From NCBI RefSeq assembly GCF_964204645.1, contig NC_134033.1, positions 5,294,231 to 5,358,230 on the forward strand: a DNA stretch of 64,000 nucleotides, written 5' to 3'. Shown here one piece after another: positions 51,701-64,000 of the stretch; the first letter of the stretch is position 1; every line of letters starts with the position of its first letter. The notes under the pieces are model-generated. The model saw only the letters and a list, made by a program, of their open reading frames with translations. It ran no database searches and was not told the origin of the DNA. The translations under genes were made by a program, and so were the position numbers. Origin of the DNA: Tubulanus polymorphus. Taxonomy: Eukaryota; Animalia; Nemertea.

Positions 51701-54467
51701 GAGAATTCGTACAAATTATTCGGCGTATTAGCTATGCCAGTGTGACCCGATCACAAAAACTACTGCCATCTTTTTAGATGTGAGCCCAGACGAGTATATG
51801 TACATTTATGTGCATGCATGTACGTTTTGACATGGTCTAAATACGAATCTAATTTTTGAATGTAATTATACGTGGTCTGGTGCGATACCTGGTGCTGCAG
51901 CTTCCGGCCAACCAAAGATCAACGTGTTTTGAAAAATGTGGTTGTAGGTAAAAACCCCACATCTTCTAAATAGGTATAAAAATCCCCACTTTTCCAAGAA
52001 CATTTCAAAGCAAGATATATCTCCAATTCTATTCATTTGCCCAAAAACTATAATTCCATTGAAATGTGCTACGAATTCTTTCTGTCTTAAGAGTTATTTC
52101 AGTGGCAGTTTCTTTTTTTAAATTTAGTCGGATTTAGTTCCCTAGTATTTGAGTAAATCCTGGACTGCGCAGCCTGGCCCGTGGATTTGATAACTGACTG
52201 ACACCAACAAACCGTTCCTAATTTAAAAATATGAATTTTGCAATAAATTCTAAAATTGTGGGTTTTGCACAACAGAACTGCGATGACCCGCTGTTTAAAC
52301 CAATTGTCCGCCCCGGGGCTTGTGAGGGAGTCGAACAATCCCGCGCGTACTAATCCCATTGAACGATATACAAATTAGATTCGCTAAAATTCGTAATCCC
52401 GTCTGTTTACAGATTAATCATTGTAATCTCCCTTTCAACCCCTTTCAACAGTCGAAAACCATCTTTTCATGTTTTATTCTCTGAAATGTCACGGAAATTC
52501 GCAGACGATACTTCTGTCTTAAATTTATCGGATTAAGGTATCAATGATCAGAAGGCAGCATCTTTTAGGAAGCGCCATATATAAATAAGAGCGGGTTATC
52601 AGATATTCTCTGCTGCATTTACGTATTTGCGCAATCCGGGTCCTGAACGACAGTCGAGTTACGGATATCGATTAACTACAATTATAAGGTACGATTTTAA
52701 GGTTTACTCATACTTTTTGTTGCCCGTGAGAACCACGCGTCTCACCTACGAGCAATCCTCTCAAGAGATGATTGCTCGTAGGTCTCACGAAAGCACTTAA
52801 GATTTACTGGTGGTGGCAGCCTTGTCATTGCTGTCGGGTGTGAGGACCCATGGGCGCAGGGTTTTGGTACACTGTCCATCTTGGACGGCTGCGGCGGGGA
52901 TGAGTGACTAAAACAAGCACATGGGTTCCCGATGAACCCCCTCACAGCTGTGGTGAAAGTGAGTGATTACAATAGACACGTGGAGTCTTGGTGAACCTCC
53001 CTCAAAGCTGTGGTGGGAGTGAGTGATAAGAACAGACCGTGCGTGGAGTCTTGGTGAATCTCCCTCACAGCTGCGGCGGGATTGAATGACTAGAGCAGGC
53101 ACATCGGTTCTTGCTGACCTACCCTCACTATTTTCTGCGACCGGATTCTCTAGATGGCAATTTGACGTTCCGAAATAACAATCATAATTGTCTTGTTTAG
53201 CGTTCAATCTTTAACGATTCAATTTCATTTAATAACGAATTTTCACGTATATTCACTAATGAACTTCAATCCCAATTATTGTTAGCGTGTGAGTGGATGA
53301 GTAATATGTCGTAATATCAGGGCCATGCTAGACTGGTTGCCGGCAATTGAATTAAATTGAATTGCTGTTTGCCATCGAAACACAGGCACCGAGTTAGCCA
53401 GATGTCATTATCGACACTTATGATCAATGGGGAACCTCCAAGCAAGCAGGGATCCACCAGGTTCGCAAGGAGTTGCGCAGATCTTCTTGCGTTGAATCTC
53501 TTTACGAAAGACAAGTGGTTTGATTTTGAAATCGGAAATCGAACTACATGTGATCGGCGGTCGAAAATAATGTCACGGTTTTTACCATCTGACCTTGCGA
53601 GGTTTTTCACGAATTTGCAAAATTCGGCCTCTTTGTCGGTGGAAAGAACGCGTCGCATCGTTCCAATAATGCGCCTACGGCATTTTGTGCACTTAAATGA
53701 AACACGAGATCACTGGTGGATATGGTAAAACTGCCTGCATATCTAAATATAATCATAGACCTATGGACGTATACCCTCCTATTCGAGACGCTCGTAAATT
53801 CATCAAATTCAAACTTTATTCAGCATAAAACACAGAAGTACAGATCTTGCACGGAATCGAGAAATACAAAAATAGAAACGCATTGTACAAAATATATCAA
53901 AAATTTAACACGAATAATACAAAAATAATATGCAGGTATGGGAAATTATGATAATAACATGCAATAGCATTGTAGAAAATAAAATGATTATATCGATGAA
54001 TTTTACCCGTATAATATTTGTATTATTAGCTGTCTTCTAAACTATGAAGTGTGCTCTACGGTATAAAGAAAATATAGATATAATATCTCTCAATTGAATC
54101 TCAACTGGTCAAAGCATATCAAAGTTTCGATACGAGGTGTAAAAATGGTCGGACTATAACGTTCATTCTTGGGACGGGATTCAAATGGAATAGGACAAGT
54201 GAGGCTAAAAGCTAAATAATCCAGACGATGGCAAGCCGAATCTAATGGACTTAACAAACTGTTCACTCCTCTATCTCTTAGAGTCCGTGATTTACCGGGG
54301 ATAAACACTGTGGCATATTCCTGGCAGATGATCCAGTTAAGTTGAAGTTAGTAAGGATGAGAATTATTCGATTTCGCAAAGCGGAACATTTTCGTGGGAC
54401 ATTTTATCCTATAATTATCATCGCTATCAACTTTGCATTGTTGATGTATATATTGCCACGCTGGCAT

Positions 54468-55535
54468 TTATTGCTTATTTATATTTCTTTTCATCCTTTT
54501 CTTGTTTACCTTTGGTTTATTTTTTGATCGAGGTTTTCTCTTTTTCATACGTTTTGAAACCTTTTTCGGCGGGGGGCAGGTCTTACCGGCCAGTTTTTCT
54601 CGCCATATTCCTAGCATATTTTCAGGTTTTAACTCGTGCGTCGTGATATAAGGCTTTACTTCGCACCAGTTTTTCAACGAAGGCGTAAAATGTATGCGTT
54701 CATCGTTGATTTGTTTAACACCCTTTATTTTCATGCCTACGATAGCCGTCCACCAGACATCTTCAAATTTCATTAGATTAGTTTTTAGAGCCGTATCCCA
54801 CATGTCGGGAATTATGTTCGTTTAAAACCGTATCCGCTGCCGCAACAGTGCTTCGGGAAAGTAGACAACGGCCACGATTCTCGGCCGACAAAAAATTTAC
54901 TTTTTGGATCTCGATTGACGTTTGGGCGTTAAAATACTTTACACACAAATTACGCGTTCTGATCTGCGTGCGCATCTAACGCAGACGTGAACTGTGCCGC
55001 GTCCAAATACATGTTATCGTCGATTTTGATGACGTATTTCGCGTGTCGGCAATAATCGTAAACCCATTTAACCATACCACCAGTTTTTATTGTCAGTCTG
55101 TCATACGTATCTTCAACACCCAGCTGTATAATATCGCCGTACGTGGCCATTTCGGCGGACAGAAACCAATCCCAGAGGTGATCGGTCGCATCCGGCAATC
55201 CGATCAAGAAAGCAAATTGATTATCGCTAGTTGGTTTGGCCCAAGTTGCGCGAATCACCCGACGCTGTTGGTAGTTATGTACGCGTGTTATGATGAAAAC
55301 AATAGTTTTGGGATTTCCCCAGCATATTGTGGTATTGTTGATAACGAATGCGATATCTCGTAAATTCCCAGTCAAAGGAGTTAGCAGTGGTATCTCGGCG
55401 ATTTCGAGTGGCGACTCATCAGCTCTATCCATATTTTGTACCTCGGGTGATTTAAGTAGTGGCTCGATTTTTCTGTCTAGGTCGATGAATAGTAGTAGAA
55501 TAACACATAATGCGGCTAGAAATATCCATTTGTAT
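54468..55535 (-). pseudogene. GT31 beta-1,3-galactosyltransferase-like pseudogene
   Basis: Signal anchor WIFLAALCVILLLFI; RRVIRATW, YGDIIQ, DTYDRLTIKT, KIDDN, RDPKSKF, FPKHCCGSGY and EDVW motifs; two in-frame TAA near 54950 and 54929 and a frameshift near 54810. Confidence 0.85.
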
Positions 55536-55879
55536 CTGAAAATAGATTAAAAGTTTTCAGGCTATGGAAGAAAATAGTTTGAGCAGGTCGATGCGGTTTG
55601 ATATCATCATCTGTCCGGTATGGTGGCCGATTCGACAGTGTACCAAAACCATGAACTTTTTTAAAATTTCGCATTTATCGTTTTACCGACACGTTAAAAC
55701 CAGCCTTTAGTTTTGACGCGGTTTTTTGTTCGTTTTTAACGCTACGCCGAGGTTTCGTTGGGATTTATACTCCGAAAACGACAAGACGAATCCCCATGCA
55801 GAGTTTTGGTTCCACTGTTGCGCATATAGCAGAAGGTTCACGCATTTAGCAGAAGCTGTTTTACCACTGGCCAAGTGGA

Positions 55880-55955
55880 CTAGTTCTGTTGGTATACTGG
55901 TTAGCATGCTTGTATTCTACGCGCACGAGACCCAGGTTCGATCCCGGTGAGTGCA
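55880..55955 (+). mobile_element. tRNA-derived SINE head or tRNA pseudogene
   Basis: A-box-like TGGTATACTGG and B-box GGTTCGATCCC; stems do not give a clean cloverleaf. Confidence 0.5.
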
Positions 55956-55979
55956 CGTAATTTCACTGTCACTTCTCTA

Positions 55980-56550
55980 AATGATGTTATCGTAAAGCAT
56001 GGTCTGGATCATATGATGTTTGCTGACGATACGATTATACATCGTTTGTAAAAAGCCCAATTCTATTAAGATACGATTGGATCTCATCGCGAAGTTTAGA
56101 CCGAATTCTCAAAACAGTTTCAGCGAGATCCATGTTGGAAACTCCTTTATATCTCTATCAGATAATGTACGAAATCTAGGTGTATTTTTTTATACCTACG
56201 TGACGATGGATAAGTATGTTAACCACGTACAGTAAAGCTGCATCGTTTGCTTTGTACAGAATTAGTAAAATCAGGAAGCTACTTGACCAAGCCCTGACAG
56301 AGAGACTGGTGCATTGCTTTATTACTTCCAGGCTCGACTATTGTAACAGTTTACTACTTGGGGTTACGAAATGTCAACTTGGTCGTTTTCTCATCGCGAA
56401 GTTTAAACCGAATTCTCAAAACAGTTTCGGCGAGATCCAAGTCGGAAACTCCTCTATATCTCTATCAGATAATGTACGAAATCTGGGTGTATTTTTATAT
56501 CTACACGACGATGGATAAGTATGTTAACCACGTAATGTAAAACTGCCGCG
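55980..56550 (+). mobile_element. L2/Crack-like LINE RT fragment with internal duplication
   Basis: FADD, VRNLGVF, LVHCFITSRLDYCNSLL; ~56080-56235 repeated at ~56389-56540. Confidence 0.8.
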
Positions 56551-57004
56551 CAAAAATTACCGAAAATATGGTAAGGACTTACTGGAAGAAGTTTTGTGTA
56601 GTAAGCTATATAGCGTATGTGACTGTCTGTTTGTTGGCTGAATAGAAATTTGCCGGCACTTGTTGTTTAAAAAGAAAAGAAACACGTTCGAATAGGTTAC
56701 GTGTAGAAGATCATCTATCGAAATAGGGCTCAAAACAGATTTTCTAAATGCGGAATTTTTTTTTGAAATAAAATGGTATCATAATGGATCGTACGAAGGC
56801 AAAGTCACGATGAACGTATCGACAACGTATCAACTCTTTAATATTAGATTATAGTAGAGTAAATTGCCCCGTTACTTTCTAATCCCTACCAACCAATTTC
56901 GTAATGTATCTCTATCTACCGTTTAGATTTGTGTGATTCCTACGGTACCCCTTTTAAGTTTTTATGTATTACCGATGCATAGGTCCTGCTAATGATGGTG
57001 GTTA

Positions 57005-57190
57005 GCGGTAAAAATCCCAATGGTAAACCCCTCTAGGTAAAATTCCCCCGGGTAAAAATCCCTAGGTAAAATCCCCATGGTAAACCCCCTGGTAGGTAAA
57101 ATCCCCCGGTAAAAAATCCCCATGGTAAATCCCCGAGGTAAAATTCCCAAGGGTAAAAATCCCTAGGTATAATCCCCATGGTAAACCCCC
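57005..57190. repeat. GGTAAAA(T)CCCC minisatellite
   Basis: About 12 short degenerate units. Confidence 0.85.
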
Positions 57191-58475
57191 TTTTTCGCAA
57201 CTTTTTGGAACTTTTTCGCGAAAACGCCCTCTATCGATTGAAATGTGAAATTTAGATATTAGTGCCTAGTTTTCATCTTAAAGCTATCAAACTGCAGTGC
57301 CTCTGTTGTCTCATCCGAGTTTCGGCGCTGTTTTCTTCTTATTCGCTCTGATTATAATAATCACGAGGATTAACAGTTGTAGGACTTAAGATTAAGCCCG
57401 ACCAAAAAAGTCGGTCCAGGCTCGAGCCAATTTAGCACGGGACAAAATGATTGCGTAAAAATTGCAACTGTTTCCGAAAATAACCTACTTTTTAACCTTT
57501 TTTTTTTAAAATACCCCAACCCACTGAGCGCCACACAGGCCATTATTAGCGGGTTCGATGTGTCTTTTTCCCAATTAGGGAGAGACCAGAGAAGAATCTT
57601 CGACCAAGAAACTCTGTCACCACCAGGGTTCGAACCCGTAAACCCTGGATTGACATGGACGCGCCCTCTAATTATGCGCGTACTGGCGAGATGAGTCACT
57701 TCCGGAACCAGTTCGCAATTCGCTCGCAATGATTTGACCCGCGCTAAAATTTGGATCCGGTTCTTGTTCGGGTTCGTGCTCCGGTTACACTCGATCCAGG
57801 GCAAATCGTCCGCGTGTGATCGTGACTTTCGACTCAACGTCCTTTTCTTCTAAATAAATCGGTAGTAATCATTCGGGGCGGATCCAGGGCCATTCCATGA
57901 CTGCAGCTCAGTGGAATATAAAGGGCAGCAACATTTAGATTTTTTTTTGTTGTTGTTGAAATTCACGTTATTCTGAAGCATTTTCCAAGCACTTGGGCAG
58001 CAAAGAAGAAATAGGTTAACAAGGCAGATTCCAAGTGAATCCAAATGATCTTAATCTTCCTTTTTATGAGATTTGCTCAAAATGTGTGTGCCATTTATTG
58101 ATGTATGATGCCATTAGATTTGCGAAGACCTACGCAATTTCTTCACATTCAATTTGCTTGTACCTTTTTTAAAGTTTTTTTGGGCAAAATTTGCCTAATT
58201 TCCAATTACACGCGATCACATGTCTTTTTAGAGTAGTGCATGCCTCATATTGCCTTTTTCGATTTTGGGTGGTTCATTATCAATCACATTACGGATTTAG
58301 GCCTAGCAGGGAGGCAATTATTCTTCTAATGGCTCACAGATTGAGTGCGCATTTTATCTTTCCACCGCAACCAAACCTTTTCGTGGGCACTTGAAAAATG
58401 CTGCGTGTGCGACGGAGTCAGGATCCGCGCCTGCTAGTTCATCTGTAACATTTTTCTTGCAATTCCTATTTTCAG

Positions 58476-58680
58476 ATGGCGCGTTTTCTATGCTTGCTAA
58501 TTGTGTCGTGTTGGTTACTATTGAATGTCGACTCGCTGCCTCACGAACATCGTGAAGCAGCGAATAGCTGGATGAAACGCGCAGCCACTCCAGCGGCGGC
58601 CGCTACTCCAGCCAGTCCGCTCGATTACGCTTTGGGATATGGCGAATTACCGTACGATCTTCGTGGATTCATATGGACGA
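58476..58680 (+). CDS. Secreted peptide precursor candidate, coding exon 1
   Basis: Acceptor TTTCAG| immediately before ATG; signal peptide MARFLCLLIVSCWLLLNVDS; KR site; donor A|GTAAGT. Confidence 0.75.
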
Positions 58681-59019
58681 GTAAGTGCTGCGTTTGGGTA
58701 AAGGTTTTTACTTTTGACCCTAGAATCTGTTGTTCATTTCATCCAACACTTTAGGAAATTGTTCCTCGCTGATTTAACCTAGGATGCAGGTATCTACCAA
58801 ATCTGCTGCTTTATGGCATTCATGTATAGTTCATTTTCAATTGAAATGTCTCGAGGTGACGTCCTGAATGGACGTGAAGTGTATGATCAGTTTTTGAAAA
58901 TGTGCTGGTAAAATGTCTAATATCTGGCGTTTGTGCAATTTAGGTAATGTTGAAACCATCCACAAAACGGTAGTGATATTGAAAAGAGACAAAAAGGTCG
59001 CTTTTTGAATCGCAGAAGG

Positions 59020-59180
59020 GGTAGGGTTTAGGGTCTAGGGTTTAGGGTCTAGAGGGTCCAGAGGGTTAGGGTTAGGGTCAAGAGGGTCCAGATGGTTAGG
59101 GTTAGGGTTAGGGTTAGGGCTACGGGAAGGATTAGGGTTAGGGTTAGGTTCCATTACATATTATAACATTGTAGGGTTAG
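59020..59180 (+). repeat. Degenerate interstitial telomeric repeat (TTAGGG)n
   Basis: Runs of GGGTTA with variant units. Confidence 0.8.
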
Positions 59181-59809
59181 GATGAGGCTATAAGTAGTTA
59201 AAAAGTTACGACTGAACGAAGCAACCGTCATAGCGCTTTGGGGTAACGTTAGGCTTCCACTCGTATGCTTGCGTGTTCGAATCCCAATTTTCGTGAATCT
59301 TTCTCAGAATTTTCTAAGTCCAGCGCATTCGCGCATGCGCATTGGATTGATTTGTGGATGGCTTCAACATTACACAAATTGCGGCGTTTGTAGTTCATTT
59401 TCGATTAAAAATGTCTCCAGTGAAGCCCTGAACATATGTGAAGTGTGGACGATCAGTTTTTTGAAAGAACACTGATAAAATGTCTAATGTCTGATGTTTG
59501 TAGTTCATTTTCAATTTGAAATGTCTCAGATGAAGTTCTGAACAGATACGAAGTGTGGATGATCAGTTTTTGAAAGTTTGCAGATAAAATATCCATTCCG
59601 ATATCTAGTGTTTGTAGTTCATTTTCAATTAGAAGTCTCAGGTGAAGTTCTAAACACATGTGAAGTTGTGCCTTAAGTATCGAATGTTTGAAGGATTCTG
59701 TAGATCGATACTGAAAGAAGGTTGACGGCCAACTAACACAATCACAATTCAATAAGCCCAGTTTTTCCCCCGTACTGTTTTTAAACATCGGTTATGCTTC
59801 CATTTTCAG

Positions 59810-59925
59810 CGACATCGGACAGTAAACGCCCGATGTACCGAATTATCGACGAAAAGAAAAGATCGCCCGGAATCGATGGTAACAGGCAGACGAAAAATAA
59901 TTTCCGATTTGTGGCAGGAATTTAA
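59810..59925 (+). CDS. Secreted peptide precursor candidate, coding exon 2
   Basis: Acceptor TTTTCAG|, phase-compatible; TTSDSKRPMYRIIDEKKRSPGIDGNRQTKNNFRFVAGI*. Confidence 0.65.
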
Positions 59926-60731
59926 ACAATCGGCTTCGTATATGAACAACCGTTTACACGGGACCTTTCAATCGCAACCAACCTCTTCACGAACTAAGTC
60001 AAGTATCACGCCTGCAATTCTGTTTCCCTAGTACCAGTCCGCTAATTCCAACGTTTGTCTGAGAATGTAGATTTGCCAAATCCAATGAAACTATTGACTT
60101 GCATCGCATTCTTTATATCACGAAATCCTATCATTTTAGTAGTTCTAAACACTGGCGTTATATAGCGGACTTTTAATCTCCGACTGTTTCTGTTGATATA
60201 TTTTTTTCGTGGAGATAAAATGTTGAAAAGGCGCAGCTGTATGTAACGTACGTACATTCCGAAATCAAACTAGAACTATAAAAATTTTAACCGAAGTTTA
60301 ACTTATCTTCGCTTAAAGGCCCGGTGGTCCTTCGTGAGGTATCTAGTCTAACCGAATTTTCATGAAATTTGCGTATGTCTTGGGATTATGTAAGGAAAAA
60401 AGTATGGACAATAAAATGTTATCAAGCAAATATATTCTATAGCCTACTGGCAAGTTTCGTTAAGTAGATACGTCGTGCTCCCAGCCTTCATTCGACGTGG
60501 CCAAATATTCATTATTTATATTCATTTCGACAGACTACCGTAAGGACGATACGTTTCACGCTATGGCAGAAGAAATTATGCCAGATTTTCCAACGGCAGC
60601 ACCATTGACAGCACCAGGCATGTCGATAAGTTAACGACGAAAAAGCAAACGACGAAATGCTTTGATCCGCGGCTCGATTCGAGGAACTTGTTCTGCGATT
60701 TGAATATAGTTCGGTCGACGCGACGTGGTGC

Positions 60732-60761
60732 CTACGAGTCACCTGCGAGTATGGGTAAATT
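60732..60761 (-). CDS. Terminal coding exon (NLPILAGDS*) of the OST-alpha-like gene
   Basis: Acceptor TTATTTCAG|; phase 0 matches the donor at 61577. Confidence 0.5.
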   Translation of the reverse strand, partial: NLPILAGDS

Positions 60762-61344
60762 CTGAAATAAAGGAATCATGACAAATAATCATCGAGAAAT
60801 ATCTTTTTAAGAATATTCGCATTGGACGTCATGTAGTTCGTTTGCAAACCAGTGCAGTTGAAGACCAGTTTGAAAAACGCAAGCGAAGAGACGTTAATCG
60901 GGGGCCGGTTTTATAGACTGGTACTAGAGTGGAATCTGGTTGTAATCCATAACACTTTCCATAAAAGTCTCCATTTTTTCCTGACTTTTTGACCCGTGCA
61001 GTAAGCTCAGTAGGAAATTCAAGGTAATTGATTGCGGTCACGCGCCGTTAGTCATTGGAGTTTCCCATCGCAATACATCGTTACGCCCGAATGTGACGTC
61101 ACCAATGAATGGGTTTTTTAAACTTAAAGAAATCTTGAATCTATAAAAAATCTTAATTTCAGTTAGCGTTGTTACACGGGGAGTGACGATGTTATCCGAT
61201 GTCTTGGCTAGGTAACGGGTGACTGACCTACTGACTTAATTTTCCCATAGATGGCGAACTAGTCAAACCTGGCCGCCCTAACTGCACAGGCACGCACGAG
61301 ATTTAGTCTTACAGTCGTTTAAATGCCAAAACACAGATATGTGT

Positions 61345-61520
61345 CGGTTTATTTATTTGTTTTAATTGGCGTTACGTCGCCTGGGTCTTGGTTTCCCTAG
61401 ACTTACCCTATTGGCATTTAACCTCACGACGGGACGGCATTTGAAGTGTTGCCCGCACACTGTACGCAGCCAACAGGACTCGAACCCACTTGTAGTTAGA
61501 ATTAAAGCCCAAAGTCTCTC
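61345..61520 (-). mobile_element. Probable tRNA-derived SINE
   Basis: B-box GGTTCGAGTCC and A-rich tail AAACAAATAAATAAAC on the minus strand. Confidence 0.5.
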
Positions 61521-61576
61521 AGGTTTTTTAAATCCCCAAACGAAAGCGTGTTATTCAAGTTTCATTTCTATTTTAC

Positions 61577-61833
61577 CTCGTCCGCAGAAGTGGCGCTCGA
61601 TTCTAAATGGTCCTCGCACGATTTGTCGATGATTAAATTTTGACTGCTGTCGATTTTCAGCGACGGTTCGACGATTCTGGCCGGATCGCCGGGATCCCTG
61701 GCCCAGTCGTGAGTCGAGCCGTAGATACAGTGCGGGTAGGCGACGTCTTCGCGTAACACCGGCCGGAAGAAACAAACACGCGCGTAAATACCCACCAGAA
61801 CCATCTCCGCAATCAACATCACACTTTGAATAT
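61577..61833 (-). CDS. Penultimate exon of an organic solute transporter alpha (SLC51A/TMEM184 family)-like gene
   Basis: IQSVMLIAEMVLVGIYARVCFFR resembles the last TM (xxEM motif) of the family; TTCAG| and GAG|GTAAAA. Confidence 0.55.
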
Positions 61834-64000
61834 CTGAATCAAGAAATTATAGGAGTTCGTTAATTATTCAATTTCCACCATAATTTTTGTGAGGCGTACG
61901 AATAGGACCCGCACTCAATATACGGCTCAGACACTAATCCAAAACTGAACAAGAATCAGGTGGATTCGGGGTGTCCGACCCTGCTTCTTTTACCCCAGAA
62001 AATTCCATCCTCAAATATTCCGGGCTGAATATTTTCTGCTGAAGAGAGATCAAAATCAATGGCGAACGACCTAGAAATATCAAAATCTTGTCACGGCAAG
62101 TTGTTTTACAATTCTAAGAAGAACTAAACAATAGGGTACCCGCAAAACCAGCTATCCCACCAGATGGCACGACGAGCAGTTGGTTTGTCAGAATTAATTC
62201 ATTTTCAATGAGATTTGAACTGAATTTTTAGAGTCACGAATCCATATACTATCATAGCACCCCGCAAAATACAAAACTTTCATTCTTCTACTCGGATATC
62301 GGTAAAGTTATCTTAAATAATTGATTCATTTAAGAGAAATGTTCATTTAGATTTTATTGAAATGTAGAAGAATTCAAATGACCAACTATCTACTAACGAC
62401 ACCTGGCGGATCCTCGCCTGGCATACGTGGAATCCTCGATTGCCACAGTGGCGATTCGGGTCCCCCATTACTACGTATAGTACGTGGACAACAAAATTGC
62501 GGCAACACTTTGGAAAAGTCCCTTAACTTCTTAAGGGGAAACCATTTTCTCTTGACCTTGGATGTGCCCTTGACAACGCGTTACGATTTGTCACGAACGG
62601 CCATGTTTCCTCTAACGGCAGATGGCTTTTAAGTGATCGATACAGCGTTGACAACGGGTCGTCTACACTCAACAGATGGTGCAACAAATCAAAATACCGC
62701 ATTTATTTATTAGTTTGCTGTGTTCTAAAATGTTTTATGTTCTGTTATTGTAATCAATTGTAAATAACATCATCTCCTCTTTATATCGTTGTGATGGTTG
62801 GTGTTTTAATTCGATTTCGTATTCGTTACTCGTATTGAAAATTTGTTCATTTTCAACAAAATTTGAACTTGATCTCCAAATCCGAATGTTATCAAACGAG
62901 TCTCAAAAAGATGTGTAAGATTCGTTTTTTCATTATGATTGAGATTTCGATGAAAAGTTCGTTTACTAATCCGAACAATCTATTCGAATTTCATTAAAAT
63001 GTAGAAGAAATTGTCGCGCGGTGACTCAGTAACCACTAGCGCGAACCTGGCGGATCCCCGCTTGCCACAGTAGCGTCGCCGCTACCCTATTCATTCCACG
63101 CTTAGATGCTGAGTGTTAGTCAACAGCCGAAAGATTATCATATCAGTTCCATTTTGACATCTTTCATCGCATACATATTCCAGTGAGGGATTTCTTCTCC
63201 AATATTTACGGGATTATTCAGTAGTATTCCCACCAAATTCCCTTCGTATATTAGATGATATACGATTTTCTGCCTGCTAATGTATAGTAGCTTCATCAGG
63301 TAGCGAAAGCTCGTGCGTCAAACTATTACATTCGACGCACGAGTTTTCGCTACTAATGTAACGTCTGTGGAGATAGTGCTATAGATGAACGATATATCCG
63401 CACGAAATGGAAGCTAGCGAGCCGAGACAAATCTTCTCGATGAAGACTACGGAGGGTTTACTAACTTGCTTCCGTGCCAAATATAAGCTTCCGTAGAACT
63501 GCGATTGAATGCTAAAGAAATAAATACAACGTTCTATATCCCATTAGCATTCAAGATGCCCGTATCCGACCTGCCTATTTCTCCTAAAGCGGCCCGAATC
63601 GGCCCTGACGCATTTTTCATACGCGGCACAAAAACGGATATAGTGGGATTCGAACCCAATAGATTATGATAAACTAGACACCCAAGTCCTCGAAATACCG
63701 AAAAGAAATCAACATCCTTTTTCAATTTTTCGAGTATTTGGAGTATGAACATGACTGATCTCGGCAAATCCAAGTAACTTTGGATGAATTTCGGGGACCA
63801 AAAGGACCCGATTTTGTGGCCCACCTCATCAAATCTTATATCATATTAAAGCCTTGACTAGTTACTACAAAATAACACAAATAATTTGTAATGTGTGGAA
63901 ATAAACAGCAAATCAGTATCGTGATGAACTTGGATTTTCCCATGAATTTTCTGAGGAGTAATTGACACTACATAGTGAAATTCCTGAGTGCTAACGGGAT

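Noticed and set aside
53317-53700. pogo/CENP-B-like transposase fragment (RRVLSTDKEAEFCKFVKNLA)
   Set aside because: Only a short, weak resemblance; no DDE motif or TIR pair identified
55880-55955. Functional tRNA gene (also ~47130-47200, ~57610-57700 and ~59260-59290)
   Set aside because: Only A/B-box similarity; acceptor and anticodon stems cannot be paired convincingly, so treated as SINE heads or pseudogenes
63534-63824. 96-aa minus-strand ORF
   Set aside because: GTG start, no recognisable motif and no convincing splice sites

Overview
Intron-containing, repeat-rich animal (invertebrate-type) genomic DNA, not prokaryotic. Host genes supported by sequence: the 5' part of a PP2A B'' regulatory subunit gene (PPP2R3B-like, minus strand) head-to-head with a complete 5-exon AMMECR1 (plus); a complete cytosolic ferritin with 3 coding exons (minus); an intronless rhodopsin-class GPCR; a GT31 beta-1,3-galactosyltransferase pseudogene; a 106-aa secreted precursor with dibasic sites; and the last exons of an OST-alpha/TMEM184-like transporter. 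The most unusual structure is at 39.8-50.1 kb: two related AT-rich elements flank the GPCR. The larger one (43751-50103) has Polinton/Maverick hallmarks (AG...CT ends, 6-bp TSD ATCATA, ~500-bp TIRs, decayed protein-primed PolB). Each of its termini is also a ~100-120-bp self-complementary hairpin, and each TIR carries a full promoter-like module (CCAAT array, kappaB-like site, TATA, splice donor) that ends at an ATG, giving an ambisense, virus-like layout. The smaller one (39769-41684) has related 152-bp hairpin ends and different cargo. The rest is LINE fragments, tRNA-derived SINE heads, piggyBac/Harbinger/Tc1-type MITEs, minisatellites and microsatellites. All identifications come from motif recognition by eye; no database search was run.
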